Translations under genes and position numbers: made by a program
Shown here: piece by piece, positions 1-11,800 of the stretch
Layout: the number at the start of each line of letters is the position of its first letter
Numbering within the stretch: position 1 is the stretch's first letter
Notes under the pieces: model-generated
Seen by the model: the letters and a program-made list of their open reading frames with translations, nothing else
Databases searched by the model: none
What the model was told of the DNA's origin: nothing
From: Candidatus Saccharimonadia bacterium
Lineage (GTDB): Bacteria; Patescibacteriota; Saccharimonadia; UBA4664
Direction of reading: 5' to 3'
DNA: 64,000 nt
Assembly: GCA_035544015.1 (NCBI GenBank)
Contig: DATKIP010000064.1
Span: forward strand, 2,131 to 66,130

Positions 1-402
1 GTGAGACATGCCCGACGAACTCATGAGCCGGCTACCAATGAGAAGGTCAGCCTCACCGTCGCGGATCTTTTCCAGGCCTTTCGCCAGGTCTATCGCTTCA
101 TGCTGGCCATCGGCATCAATGGTGGCCGCTACCCCGAAGCCGGATTGCTGGGCGTAGCTCAAGCCGGTAGCCGTGGCGCCACCGCTACCCGTATTGAGGA
201 TGTGCCGGATCACCCTCGCGCCAGCCTGCAGCGCCAGCGTGGCCGTATCATCTTTGGAGCCGTCATCCACCACTACTACCTCGTATCTATATTTCGTTTT
301 ACTCAGCTCTTTGTGCATTTCGGCCACCACACCACCAATACTCCGCCCCTCGTTGTAGGCGGGAATCACTATAGCGACCCTCAACTGTTCGTATTCACTC
401 AT
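1..402 (-). CDS. Family 2 glycosyltransferase (DPM1/GtrB-like), partial; C-terminal part lies beyond the window start
   Basis: Reverse translation from 402 downward reads MSEYEQLRVAIVIPAYNEGRSIGGVVAEMHKELSKTKYRYEVVVVDDGSKDDTA..., the GT2 N-terminal signature with the DDGS(x)D motif. The + strand ORF 1..453 in the track is its antisense artefact. Confidence 0.6.
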   Translation of the reverse strand, partial: MSEYEQLRVAIVIPAYNEGRSIGGVVAEMHKELSKTKYRYEVVVVDDGSKDDTATLALQAGARVIRHILNTGSGGATATGLSYAQQSGFGVAATIDADGQHEAIDLAKGLEKIRDGEADLLIGSRLMSSSGMSH

Positions 403-575
403 TTTGCTACGAATATCTTACCAGATGCCGGGGCCCCGCAGCCGAAATGTTGACCTAGCCAAACAAATACCGTACACTGCTCTCGACGCCCCAATCCGAA
501 TTTGGGTTTTTGCCTTCCAAAAGGCCAGATTCGGGTATGGGAAGTGTAGTACCATATCCGAGAAGGGAATCGTCG

Positions 576-2050
576 TGCATTCGACGGTCTCACTCAGGGG
601 CGGGCAAACTCGCCCGCTCTCGCCGCTTCAGGTGCCAAATCGCCGAACGGCGGCCATCGGCGCTCTGCTCACGGTACTCGCCGCACTCCTGCTCGTCGGC
701 GCGCCCATCATCCCGGGCGCTACGACCGCCGGCCTCGCCAGCGTAGCTCATGCCGACGCCAGCCTCGCCATCTCTGCGCCCTGGGACTCCGGCAAGACGT
801 TCGCGGTCGGCAATCCCGGCGGCGAAGGCGGCGGCTATTACGGCCACTGCTGCTGGGACAGCAATGGCAACTACAACGCCACCGACTACTATGCCGTCGA
901 CATCAACGGCCCTGGCGGCGGCAATGCCGACTGCGGCGAGAACGTCCGAGCCACCAACACCGGCATTGTTAGTGCCGTGGGTACTTACTCGCCTGGTGGC
1001 ATCAGCTACATCCGCATCGACCACGGTTCCATTGCGGCGGGCTACATCAGCGAGTATCAGCACGTCACCGATCGAGTGGCGGTCGGTACTGTAGTGTCGC
1101 GCGGCGACATCATCGCCAAGTTCGGCAACGTCGGTACCACTTTCTGTCACCTGCACTTCGTGGTGAGGCATAGCGGTACGTCCGTGGCGCCCAGCCCAAT
1201 GTCTGGCACCGGCCTGCCGGCTTCGGGTGGCGCCTACGTCACCAGTGACAACTCTTCGACGCCAAACGCCACCCCGCGTATCGCCACCCTGGATGCCGGC
1301 GGCAACCTCAGCGTCAAAGAAGGCTCCCTCGGCGCGACGTGGACGCCGGTGGCTAGCGGGGTGAGTCAATTTCAACTCTCCCCCAATCGCATCGCAATCC
1401 TCGATGGCGGTGGCAACCTCAGCGTCAAGGAGGGGCCACTGAACGCCCCGTGGACCACCATCGGCACGGGCGTTACGGGCTTTCACGTCACCGACAACCG
1501 GATCGGTGCCCTCTTCGGGAACACTCTCGCCATCAAGGAGGGGCCGCTCGGCGCCACCTGGACAACGGTCTCTACCGGTGTCACCGACTTCGACCTCTCC
1601 CCCAACCGCATTGCCGTCCTCGACAGCAGCGGAGGTCTCAGCGTCAAGGAAGGGCCCATCGGCGCTACCTGGACATCCGTCGCGAGCGGTGTCGGTGTCG
1701 GCAAATTCCATGTCACAGACACTCGCGTTGGCGTGCTCTGGGGCACCGACCTCAACATCAAGGATGGGTCCCTGGGCGCCGGCTGGAGCGTGGTTATCAA
1801 TCCCACCGCCGACTTCCGGCTCTCGTCCAACCGCATCATGGCTAGGCAGAGCGACGGTACGCTGTATGTCAAGGAAGGCGCAATCGGCTCAAGCTGGACG
1901 CTCGTATCTGGCGGCGCCGACGGATTCGCCGTCTCTGACACGCGCGTTGAGGTCTGGGGCGGCGGAAACCTGTACGTCAAGGACGGGTCCATCGGCGCCA
2001 CCTGGGCTCTCGTAACCACCGGTTCTGTCGCCGGCGGCCTGTCTCAGTAA
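576..2050 (+). CDS. Secreted M23 (LytM-type) metallopeptidase fused to a 7-repeat tachylectin/PLL-like beta-propeller
   Basis: Signal peptide NRRTAAIGALLTVLAALLLVGA. M23 motifs HxxxD (YYAVDINGPGG..D) and HLHF (CHLHFVV). Seven ~38-aa repeats follow (NRIAILDGGGNLSVKEGPLNAPWTT..). Start is uncertain: GTG 576 with SD GAAGGGA, or GTG 627. Confidence 0.7.
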
Positions 2051-2067
2051 CGACACGAGCGGTGTCG
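2051..2067 (+). terminator. Perfect 6-bp stem hairpin (CGACACgagcgGTGTCG) immediately after the stop of the M23 gene; no T-tract
   Basis: Inverted repeat seen in sequence; position fits a 3' end structure. Confidence 0.3.
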
Positions 2068-2252
2068 CTCACTAGCCCCTAGCGGGAAGGCCCCTGGCCT
2101 CGCGCCGGGGGTTCTTCTCGTTTATCCCGGAGGCGAACGTCCCGGCCGCTGCTCACGCTGGCTGCCTCAGCCCAATCTCAGTCCCCGCGCGCTAGAGTAG
2201 GCGTGTATAGTAGAATAGATCCATTCCCATCCGTGAGTGCTAAGGAGTCCCC

Positions 2253-2408
2253 ATGAAACATCTGCTCGCTTATCTCGATCCCGGCGCCGGGAGCATGCTC
2301 ATCCAGTCGATTATCGGCGGCGTGCTCGGCCTAGCCTACGCCGGCCGCAAAACCCTCCACCGGGTCATCGGCGCGTTACGCAAAAAAGACAGCACCGAGA
2401 AATCGTGA
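2253..2408 (+). CDS. Small hydrophobic protein (51 aa) upstream of the methyltransferase
   Basis: AGGAG SD 7 nt upstream of ATG. Reads MKHLLAYLDPGAGSMLIQSIIGGVLGLAYAGRKTLHRVIGALRKKDSTEKS, one predicted TM segment. Not in the ORF track because it is short. Confidence 0.45.
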   Translation: MKHLLAYLDPGAGSMLIQSIIGGVLGLAYAGRKTLHRVIGALRKKDSTEKS

Positions 2409-2418
2409 TCGAGCGCAG

Positions 2419-3822
2419 TTGCAGGCGCGGGCTATGAAGCACGCCGCCTCCTTTCGCGATCCCGCCGGCTTTGTGTTTGAGCATCGCGGCCGGCTGCTGC
2501 GGCAGGTCAATGCCGCCGGCGTCGCCGACTACGATTCGCTGATGCAAAGCGGCCTCTACGAGCAGCTCACCGGCCAGCACCTGCTCATCCCGCACCGCGA
2601 AGTCGAGATCGAAGGCCTACCGCCCGACGCCGACCGCCGCCTCGTCATCGAGCCCGACCGCGTCCGCACCATCTCGTACCCGTACGAATGGGGCTTTTCG
2701 CAGCTCCAAGACGCCGCGCTCACCACTCTGGCCGTCCAAGCCGAGGCGCTGCGGCATGGCCTCACGCTCAAAGACGCCAGCGCCTACAACATTCAATTCC
2801 ACGAGGGGCGGCCGCTGCTCATCGACACCCTGTCATTTGAAAAATACACCCCCTCCAGCCCCTGGGCGGCGTATCGGCAATTTTGCCAACATTTCTTGGC
2901 ACCGCTAGCACTCATGTCGCAGGTCGATGTCGATCTGGGCAAACTGCTCCTGGTGCACCTCGACGGCGTGCCGCTGCCGCTGGCCGCCAAGCTGTTGCCC
3001 CGCCGTGCGCGCCTGTCGCCGGGGCTGGCCATGCACCTGTTTTTGCACGCCCGCGCCCAATCTCGCACCCCGCAGGCCGCGTCGGCTGCCGGTCCGGGCA
3101 GCCATCGGCGGCTCAGCCAATCCGGCCTCGAAGGCCTCGTCGACAGCCTCACGCGCACCGTCCGCGGCCTCAGGTGGCGCGGCGGCAAAACCGAATGGGG
3201 CGATTACTACAACGCCACCAATTACAGCGCCACCGCCTTCGAGCACAAGCAGGCAGTGGTAGCCAGCTTCCTCGACGAAGTGCGGCCGCAAACCGTCTGG
3301 GACCTCGGCGCCAACACCGGCCAATTCAGCCGCCTGGCCGGCGACCGCGGCATCCATACCGTCAGCTTCGACATCGATCCCGTCGCCGTCGAGGCCAACT
3401 ACCGCCTGGTGCGCGACCGCCGCGAGCCCAACATCCTGCCGCTGCTGCTCGACCTCACCAATCCCAGCCCCGCCATCGGCTGGGCCAACGCCGAGCGCAG
3501 CTCGCTGGCCCAGCGCGGTCGCGCCGATCTCGTGATGGCCCTCGCGCTCGTGCACCATCTGGCCATCTCCAACAACCTCCCGCTCGCCTCTATCGCCGCC
3601 TACTTCGCCGCCCTGGGCCGGCACCTCGTAGTCGAATTCATCCCCAAATCCGACTCCAAGGTTCAAATTTTGCTCGCCACCCGCCCCGACATTTTCCCGG
3701 ATTACACCATGGCCGGCTTCGAGCGGGCGTTTGCGCAGCATTTCCAGATCGTAAAAAAGCTGCCGGTGAAAAACTCCGAACGCACCCTTTACCTCATGGA
3801 AAATCTCATGGAAAAAGCCTAA
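2419..3822 (+). CDS. Two-domain class I SAM-dependent methyltransferase
   Basis: C-terminal Rossmann-fold methyltransferase motif [12 protein letters not shown]...VSFDIDP (motif I GxGxG-like plus acidic motif II). Alternative start is ATG 2434 (MKHAASF). Its stop converges on and overlaps the rfbA stop. Confidence 0.7.
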   Translation: MQARAMKHAASFRDPAGFVFEHRGRLLRQVNAAGVADYDSLMQSGLYEQLTGQHLLIPHREVEIEGLPPDADRRLVIEPDRVRTISYPYEWGFSQLQDAALTTLAVQAEALRHGLTLKDASAYNIQFHEGRPLLIDTLSFEKYTPSSPWAAYRQFCQHFLAPLALMSQVDVDLGKLLLVHLDGVPLPLAAKLLPRRARLSPGLAMHLFLHARAQSRTPQAASAAGPGSHRRLSQSGLEGLVDSLTRTVRGLRWRGGKTEWGDYYNATNYSATAFEHKQAVVASFLDEVRPQTVWDLGANTGQFSRLAGDRGIHTVSFDIDPVAVEANYRLVRDRREPNILPLLLDLTNPSPAIGWANAERSSLAQRGRADLVMALALVHHLAISNNLPLASIAAYFAALGRHLVVEFIPKSDSKVQILLATRPDIFPDYTMAGFERAFAQHFQIVKKLPVKNSERTLYLMENLMEKA

Positions 3823-4685
3823 CGCTCCGCCAGCAGTCCCCGCAGGTACTTGCCATACCCGCTCTTAAGTAGCTTGCCGGCTAGCGCGTCGAGGTGTTCG
3901 TCGGTAATATAGCCCTCTTGCCACGCCACCTCTTCCACGCAGCCCACCTTGAGCGCCTGCCGTTCCTCTACCACTTGCACAAATTGGCTGGCCTGCATCA
4001 TAGACGCAAACGTGCCGGTATCGAGCCAGGCCGTGCCGCGGTCGAGCACGCCCACGCTCAGCTTGCCACGCTTGAGGTACTGATTGTTCACCTCGGTGAT
4101 TTCCAGCTCACCCCGGTCGCTTGGTTTGATGTGCTTGGCGATGTCCACCACCTCGTTATCGTAAAAATACAGCCCCGGCACCGCGTAATTGCTCTTGGGC
4201 TTATCCGGCTTTTCCTCGATGCTCACCGCCTTCATGTGCGCGTCAAACTCCACTACACCGTAGCGCTCTGGGTCGGCTACGTGGTAGGCGAAAATCACCC
4301 CGCCGTCCGGATCAGTATGATCTTTGAGCTTCGAGCCCAAATCCGATCCGTAGAAGATATTGTCACCCAAGATCAACGCCACCTTGTCGTCGCCAATGAA
4401 GTCGTCGCCAATGATAAACGCCTGCGCCAGTCCCTCTGGCCGCGGCTGGATTTTGTACGTAAAGTTGCACCCGATCTGCTCGCCGCTGCCCAGCAACCGC
4501 TCAAATCCAGGCATATCCTGCTCAGTCGAGATGATCAAAATATCCCGGATCCCCGCCATCATCAAAGTCGACAGAGGATAGTAAATCATCGGCTTGTCGT
4601 AGATCGGCATCAATTGCTTCGAAATGCCCTGCGTAATGGGGTAGAGGCGCGTGCCCGAGCCACCCGCTAAAATAATTCCCTTCAT
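3819..4685 (-). CDS. rfbA: Glucose-1-phosphate thymidylyltransferase
   Basis: [18 protein letters not shown]...; full-length RmlA signature; 4-bp overlap with rfbD. Confidence 0.9.
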   Translation of the reverse strand: MKGIILAGGSGTRLYPITQGISKQLMPIYDKPMIYYPLSTLMMAGIRDILIISTEQDMPGFERLLGSGEQIGCNFTYKIQPRPEGLAQAFIIGDDFIGDDKVALILGDNIFYGSDLGSKLKDHTDPDGGVIFAYHVADPERYGVVEFDAHMKAVSIEEKPDKPKSNYAVPGLYFYDNEVVDIAKHIKPSDRGELEITEVNNQYLKRGKLSVGVLDRGTAWLDTGTFASMMQASQFVQVVEERQALKVGCVEEVAWQEGYITDEHLDALAGKLLKSGYGKYLRGLLAER

Positions 4686-5560
4686 GATGATTTCACTTCC
4701 TTCCCTTGTTCGCGCTTGATGTAATCATGCAGTTCTTCGCGCCAGTCCGGCAATTTCACCCCAGCCGACTTAATCTTAGCCAAGTCGTAGTCGCCCTTGA
4801 GCGGTCGCGGCGCCGAGGTCGGCTTGTCTTTGAAGTATTCCGGCGTTGTGATGTCTGTGACGCTCAAATCGTCGCGTCCGAGCTCGCGAAAGATTGCCCG
4901 CGTCACCTCGGCCCAGGATACCACGTCGCCATCGTCCGACACATGATAGATACCATAATCAGCCCGCTTTTTCAGCAACACTTCGATCGCATCCACCAAG
5001 GTACTCGAAAACGTCAGGCGGCCCACTTGGTCGCCCACTACTCGCGGCGAAATGTTCTTGGCGGCCAGCCCCATCATGGTCTTCACGAAATTCGGCCCAT
5101 CGCCCACCAGCCACATGGTCCGCACGATGTAATGCTTGGGCGCCACCCGGACGGCCATGTCGCCCGCCGCCTTCGTTTGGGCATAGACTCCCAGTGGCGC
5201 CACGCCCTCATCCTCGCGGTGGGCCGACTGCGAGCCGTCGTAAACCGTCTCACTTGATACGTGCACCACAGTCAGATCCCGCTCCACCGCCACCCGCGCC
5301 AGATTGGCCACGGCCGCAGCATTAATCGCCCAGGCCGTGCGCCGCCCCTCGGGCGTCTCGGCGCCGTCCACGTTGGTGTAGGCCGCCGCGTTGAGCAGAT
5401 ACTTGATCCCGCTCCAGTCAAACGCCTCCAGCGCCTGCACGCTCGTAATGTCGAGCCCGTCGCGGTCCACTGCTCGAGCGCCCGGAAACCGCTCCGCCAG
5501 CGCCTTCCCCAGCTGCCCGTACGCGCCCACAATCAAAATCTCAGAATCATTCATGCTCAT
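4682..5560 (-). CDS. rfbD: dTDP-4-dehydrorhamnose reductase
   Basis: [14 protein letters not shown] Rossmann motif, RmlD-like length and a YxxxK region; overlaps rfbA and rfbC by 4 bp. Confidence 0.85.
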   Translation of the reverse strand: MSMNDSEILIVGAYGQLGKALAERFPGARAVDRDGLDITSVQALEAFDWSGIKYLLNAAAYTNVDGAETPEGRRTAWAINAAAVANLARVAVERDLTVVHVSSETVYDGSQSAHREDEGVAPLGVYAQTKAAGDMAVRVAPKHYIVRTMWLVGDGPNFVKTMMGLAAKNISPRVVGDQVGRLTFSSTLVDAIEVLLKKRADYGIYHVSDDGDVVSWAEVTRAIFRELGRDDLSVTDITTPEYFKDKPTSAPRPLKGDYDLAKIKSAGVKLPDWREELHDYIKREQGKEVKSS

Positions 5561-6105
5561 ACCTCCATCGGCGTCACGGCCGAAAGCAAAGGGTGTGCCT
5601 TGTCTTTATCCGACACAATTGCCTGATCCGCCCCGAGCGGCCAGGCAATGCCCAGCGCCGGATCAAACGCGTTCACCATGGTATATTCGGCCTCCGGCGA
5701 CCAATGCGCGTCCACCAGATATGTGTACGTTACGTTCGGCTCCAGCGTTTGGTAGCCATTCGCCACCCCTTGCGGCACAAATACCGCCTTCGCGGGCGTG
5801 ATCTCCAGGGTGTGCGTCCGGCCAAACCCCGGTCCTTTGCGCAGGTCGACCCACGCGCCAAACACGCGTCCGCCGGCCACCGAAATAAACTTCACCCACG
5901 GTTCCGTATGCAGCCCGCGTGTCACCCCCGCCTCGCCGTTGAATGAAAAGTTGTTCTGCACTACCTCAAAGTGGGGGAGACCGAGTGCCTCCATCTTCTC
6001 GCGCTGATAATTTTCCTTAAACCATCCCCGGTCGTCGCGGTGCACCGCCAAATCAATCTCGAACAGCCCCGGAATCGCCGTCTCGCGCACTGCCAAGTCT
6101 GCCAT
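5557..6105 (-). CDS. rfbC: dTDP-4-dehydrorhamnose 3,5-epimerase
   Basis: IPGLFEIDLAVHRDDRGWFKENYQ... RmlC cupin signature. Confidence 0.9.
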   Translation of the reverse strand: MADLAVRETAIPGLFEIDLAVHRDDRGWFKENYQREKMEALGLPHFEVVQNNFSFNGEAGVTRGLHTEPWVKFISVAGGRVFGAWVDLRKGPGFGRTHTLEITPAKAVFVPQGVANGYQTLEPNVTYTYLVDAHWSPEAEYTMVNAFDPALGIAWPLGADQAIVSDKDKAHPLLSAVTPMEV

Positions 6106-6107
6106 CG

Positions 6108-7703
<1,596 letters not shown>

Positions 7704-7745
7704 CGCTCGGCACCCCCGCACCGCCCGCCCTCTTGAGGAGTCTTC

Positions 7746-8405
7746 ATGGCACTCGACCGCACTCCGTCCGTGAACCTCGACAATATACCTCTCGATCAGC
7801 TGATCGAGGCCGCCAGGCGGCGCATCGCCGACAGCGGCCTGTCCGCCCCCGACTCCGCCGTCCAGTTTGCCCGCACCGTCGTGCCGATGCTGCGGGTCAC
7901 GCTCGTGGTCCTGCGCCCGAGCTCCGACGGTGGGTTCGACATGCTGCTGACACCGCCGTGCGAAGCCGCCGACTACACCGTGACCGGCGGCTTCCTGGCG
8001 GAGGGCGAATCGATCCAGGGAGCACTCAACCGCATTGCCGTGGGCCTGTTGGACCTCAATCTAGGCCACGATCCGCTGCCCGCGGGAATCGTGGTCGACC
8101 GGGGCACCGACCGGTCGCACATCCTGCACGCCGTGTTCTGCTACGTCGTGCGCCGCGGCGAACTGCCCAGCGGCCCACGCGAGTGGCACCACCATATGCG
8201 CCGCCCCGCCAACCTCAGCGAGGCCATGAGGAAAGCCGTCAGCCTGGCGCTGGCCGTGGCCAACGACCCGCTCCGGGCCGCGCCCTGGCTGGAGCCGACC
8301 GAGGGATTCCGCACCCCACGTCCCAATCCCCAGATCGGCCACCGGGGTGGCAATCGCCCGCGCTGGGGCCCTCGCAGCTACGGGCGCCCCGACACCACCC
8401 CCTGA
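7746..8405 (+). CDS. Hypothetical protein with degenerate NUDIX-like box
   Basis: GGFLAEGESIQGALNRIAVGL matches Gx5Ex7R of the Nudix box but lacks the REuxEE glutamates. Confidence 0.4.
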   Translation: MALDRTPSVNLDNIPLDQLIEAARRRIADSGLSAPDSAVQFARTVVPMLRVTLVVLRPSSDGGFDMLLTPPCEAADYTVTGGFLAEGESIQGALNRIAVGLLDLNLGHDPLPAGIVVDRGTDRSHILHAVFCYVVRRGELPSGPREWHHHMRRPANLSEAMRKAVSLALAVANDPLRAAPWLEPTEGFRTPRPNPQIGHRGGNRPRWGPRSYGRPDTTP

Positions 8406-8471
8406 CGCCAACGCCCCCGGGACCGCTGCCCTATCGCGGTCCCGGGGGCAACCCCCAGTTTTTATCCAGGC

Positions 8472-8978
8472 CTATTTTCCGTCGCGCCGGCGGGCGTGCT
8501 CTTCCCACTCCCGCAAGAAATCGCTCGACGACCAGCGCTTATCAAGCCCCACGCCGCTGATCACCTCGATCCCGTACTGCTGGCACGTGCCCCATTCCGG
8601 AATACTAGTCTCATCCACGCGGTCGCCGCCCTTGGTAAACACCGCCGGCCGCAGCGCCTCCAGCGCCTTGATCACCGTCTGGTCGTCCTCAATCTCAAAC
8701 GGCACCACGTAATCCACCTCGCGTAGTGCGCTCACGATCAGCATACGCGTGGCCAGGTCCTGAAACGGCTTGCCTTTTTTGGCGCGCAAAAACGCGTCAC
8801 CATTCACGATCACCACCAATGTGTCGCCGTAGTCTTTGCTATCCATAATGCAGCTAATGTGGCCCGGGTGAATCGGGTCAAACCCGCCGCTCGTCGCCAC
8901 AATTTTGCCAAGGTGGTCCCGCATCCCGTCCAATTCTTCAAATGTCACGATCTTCGCGCCAAAATCCTGTCGTTGCAT
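8472..8978 (-). CDS. Nucleotidyltransferase of the cytidylyltransferase superfamily (RfaE domain II / TagD-like)
   Basis: HIGH-type motif GGFDPIHPGH, ~165 aa. Confidence 0.7.
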   Translation of the reverse strand: MQRQDFGAKIVTFEELDGMRDHLGKIVATSGGFDPIHPGHISCIMDSKDYGDTLVVIVNGDAFLRAKKGKPFQDLATRMLIVSALREVDYVVPFEIEDDQTVIKALEALRPAVFTKGGDRVDETSIPEWGTCQQYGIEVISGVGLDKRWSSSDFLREWEEHARRRDGK

Positions 8979-9042
8979 GCTCTCGCGCCTTTAATGCTGT
9001 TAGTTGTAGCGTACCCTGGGCCAAGATTCAAGAGGAGTAACC

Positions 9043-9495
9043 TCAAACCTTCCAGCCGCGGTCGGGCTGCGCCCGCATCGCCTCTGTCTCGTCTGGCCGC
9101 GCGTAATCATCCTCGAGCCGCCAGGTGGTCCCCAGCTCTGGCGTCGAGGCCTCAAACACCTCGCAGTCGGTGAGCCCCACCAGCCGGTGCCGCTGCCCCA
9201 CTTGGCTCGTGTACCCCATGCCCGGCTCGAGCTCGATTTGCTCTAGCTCGCCGGCCGCATTTTCGAGCAGCACCGCCGCCCTCCCCGCATGCACCACCCA
9301 GCTCTCGCTCTTGGCGTCGTGGGCCTGCAGGCTCACTCGGCAGCCTTTATTGATATGCAAAATCTTCATCATGTACGGCCCGCCGTCGGCCGTTAAGTGC
9401 ACTTCGTAGCCCCACGGCTTGACCACGCGTTTCGCGTACCCAGCCGTCGTGAAACCACCCTTGTCGATCATATCGAGAAAATCTAAATGCTTCAT
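9043..9495 (-). CDS. Cupin-domain protein (phosphomannose-isomerase-type cupin)
   Basis: PWGYE...KGCRVSLQAHDAKSESWVV cupin motifs (G(x)5HxH-like and QxH). Confidence 0.55.
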   Translation of the reverse strand: MKHLDFLDMIDKGGFTTAGYAKRVVKPWGYEVHLTADGGPYMMKILHINKGCRVSLQAHDAKSESWVVHAGRAAVLLENAAGELEQIELEPGMGYTSQVGQRHRLVGLTDCEVFEASTPELGTTWRLEDDYARPDETEAMRAQPDRGWKV

Positions 9496-9533
9496 ATGCT
9501 TCCCATTGTACTCGCGAAGCGTATAATCAGGCC

Positions 9534-11357
9534 ATGTGCGGAATTGTCGGTTACATTGGCAAAGATAAAGCGCTCCCCGTGCTTGTAAACGGTTTGCGGC
9601 GTATGGAATACCGCGGATACGACTCCGCGGGCGTCGCCGTGGTTGATCATGGCCACATGGGCATCGTGAAGCGTCCCGGCAAAATCGCCAATCTGGTGGA
9701 GGCGCTCGAGGAACACCCGCTCGAGGGTCACCTCGGCATCGGCCACACCCGCTGGGCCACCCATGGCATCCCCAACGAGCTCAACGCCCACCCTCACCAA
9801 GCCGGCCATATCGCCATTATTCACAATGGCATCATCGAGAATTTTGCCTCCATCAAGGAGCAATTAGGCTCTGGCATCAAATATCTCAGCGACACCGACA
9901 CCGAGGTGCTGGCGCAGCTCATCGCTGCCGAGCGCGAAACAGCGCCGTCGCTCGAGGCCGCCGTGCTGGCCGCCCTACTCCAGGTCGAGGGCACCTTCGG
10001 CCTCGTCGTCATCGACGACCGCGACCCCGGCAAGCTGGTGGCTGCCCGCCGCGGCAGCCCGTTGCTGCTCGGCATCGCCCCCGACGCCACCTACGTGGCC
10101 TCCGACGCCGCTGCCATCATCGGCTACACCGACCGCGTCGTGTACCTCGAAGACGACGAAATCGCCGTCTGCCAGGCCGGCAAATATGAGGTGATTGATT
10201 TCGAAGCCCAGGCCAAGGACCACGAAGAGGTCCAGATCCAGCTCGAGCTGGCCGCCATCGAAAAGGCCGGCTACGATCACTTTCTGCTCAAAGAAATCAT
10301 GGAGCAGCCCCGTACCATCGCCGACACCCTGCGCGGCCGCCTCGACGCCGAAAACGGCACCAGCCATCTCGGAGGCCTCAATCTGGCCGAGGGCTCCTAC
10401 CAAAACATCAGCCGGTTCCTCACCGTGGCCTGCGGCACCGCCTACTATTCGGGCCTGCTCGGCAAATACTTCCTGGAGCGCATGACCGGCCTGCCCGTCG
10501 ACGTCGAGGTCGCCTCCGAATTCCGCTACCGCGAGCCGGTAGTTTCCGAGCACGCGCTGGGCATGGTGGTTTCGCAATCCGGCGAAACCGCCGACACCTT
10601 GGCCTCCCTACGCGAAATGCAGCGCCGCGGCATCCGCACGCTCGGCCTCGTCAACGTGGTCGGTTCCAGCGTGGCGCGCGAAGTCGACGGCGGCATCTAC
10701 CTCCATGCCGGCCCCGAAATCTCGGTGGCCTCTACCAAGGCCTACACCTCGCAGGTCCTGGCACAATTACTCATCGGCCTCCAGGTCGGCCGCGCCCGCA
10801 GCCTCTCGGTCCGCGACGGCAAGGCCATCGTGGCCGCGCTCGAGGCTCTGCCGGCCCAGGTGCAGCACATCCTGGATCAGCACGACAAAATCCGCGCCCT
10901 GGCCAAAAAACTCAGCCACTTCAACAACGCCATGTACCTCGGCCGCGACACCCTCTATCCCGTGGCCCTCGAGGGTGCCCTCAAGCTCAAAGAGGTTGCC
11001 TACATTCACGCCGAGGCCTACCCCGCCGGCGAGCTCAAGCACGGCCCCATCGCCATGATCGACGAGAATCTGCTCGTGGTCTTCCTGCACCCCAAAAACG
11101 ACCTCTACGACAAATCCCAATCTAGCCTCGAGCAAGTCCGGGCTCGCGGTGGCCAGCTGCTAATCGTGGGCACCGAAGGCGACGACACCCTCAAGCAATT
11201 CTCCGAGCATGTCATTTACATCCCCGAAGCCAATCCCTACACCCAGCCCTTGCTGGCCAACATCCCGCTCCAGCTCTTTGCCTACTACGTCGCCGTCGAA
11301 CGCGGCACCGACGTCGACCAGCCCCGCAACCTCGCCAAATCCGTCACCGTCGAATAG
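9534..11357 (+). CDS. glmS: Glutamine--fructose-6-phosphate aminotransferase
   Basis: MCGIVGY N-terminal Cys amidotransferase domain and two SIS domains; ends with canonical KSVTVE. Confidence 0.95.
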   Translation: MCGIVGYIGKDKALPVLVNGLRRMEYRGYDSAGVAVVDHGHMGIVKRPGKIANLVEALEEHPLEGHLGIGHTRWATHGIPNELNAHPHQAGHIAIIHNGIIENFASIKEQLGSGIKYLSDTDTEVLAQLIAAERETAPSLEAAVLAALLQVEGTFGLVVIDDRDPGKLVAARRGSPLLLGIAPDATYVASDAAAIIGYTDRVVYLEDDEIAVCQAGKYEVIDFEAQAKDHEEVQIQLELAAIEKAGYDHFLLKEIMEQPRTIADTLRGRLDAENGTSHLGGLNLAEGSYQNISRFLTVACGTAYYSGLLGKYFLERMTGLPVDVEVASEFRYREPVVSEHALGMVVSQSGETADTLASLREMQRRGIRTLGLVNVVGSSVAREVDGGIYLHAGPEISVASTKAYTSQVLAQLLIGLQVGRARSLSVRDGKAIVAALEALPAQVQHILDQHDKIRALAKKLSHFNNAMYLGRDTLYPVALEGALKLKEVAYIHAEAYPAGELKHGPIAMIDENLLVVFLHPKNDLYDKSQSSLEQVRARGGQLLIVGTEGDDTLKQFSEHVIYIPEANPYTQPLLANIPLQLFAYYVAVERGTDVDQPRNLAKSVTVE

Positions 11358-11362
11358 CCGTC

Positions 11363-11779
11363 CTAAAACAGCTTGTCGACCGCCACTTTCACTTCGTAAT
11401 ACGTCGCCAGTTTTTCCGTACTCGTGAGCACAAACGGCTTGGTTTGCGCCGGATCAATGTCGCTCACCGTGCCAGTGGCCGTGCCCAGCGCCTTGCCGGC
11501 CTTGTCGAGAAACGTCGCGGTAATCGTGGCGCTCCGAGCCGCGTCTTCGTTGTTCGTGATGCTGCCACTCACCACCAGGTACCCCGCCGCATTCGTGGTC
11601 ACCTTTGAATTCGCCAGCGTCGTGCGCTCCTTGGTGGCCGGGCTGGCGGTGGCCGCTGGTGTCTCGCCCGCCGGCCGCTCGTTCACAAATTTATTGCCGC
11701 TTTCGGCCCATAGCAATGCCGCCCCAACCGCCACTACGACCACGCCAACAATCGTAAACAATCTGCGAGATGTACTCAT
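11363..11779 (-). CDS. Membrane-anchored hypothetical protein
   Basis: N-terminal TM LFTIVGVVVVAVGAALLWA; the rest is Thr/Ala-rich. Confidence 0.45.
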   Translation of the reverse strand: MSTSRRLFTIVGVVVVAVGAALLWAESGNKFVNERPAGETPAATASPATKERTTLANSKVTTNAAGYLVVSGSITNNEDAARSATITATFLDKAGKALGTATGTVSDIDPAQTKPFVLTSTEKLATYYEVKVAVDKLF

Positions 11780-11800
11780 ATCGCGCCTCCTGATATGAAG

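Noticed and set aside
1-453. Plus-strand 150-aa ORF at the window start
   Set aside because: The minus strand in the same interval reads a clean GT2 glycosyltransferase N-terminus (MSEYEQLRVAIVIPAYNEG...DDGS). The plus ORF is its antisense shadow.
590-1711. 373-aa minus-strand ORF antisense to the M23/propeller gene, and similar long antisense ORFs (2905..3741, 12519..13538, 33617..34894, 35963..37747, 55475..56557, 50797..51438, 60975..61727, 62732..63205)
   Set aside because: Stop-codon paucity in 65% GC DNA produces long open antisense frames. They are Arg/Gly/Ala/Pro-rich low-complexity and overlap genes with clear homology on the other strand.
2883-3872. 329-aa Arg/Pro-rich plus-strand ORF
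   Set aside because: It is an out-of-frame overlap of the methyltransferase gene, with low-complexity composition typical of GC-driven spurious ORFs.
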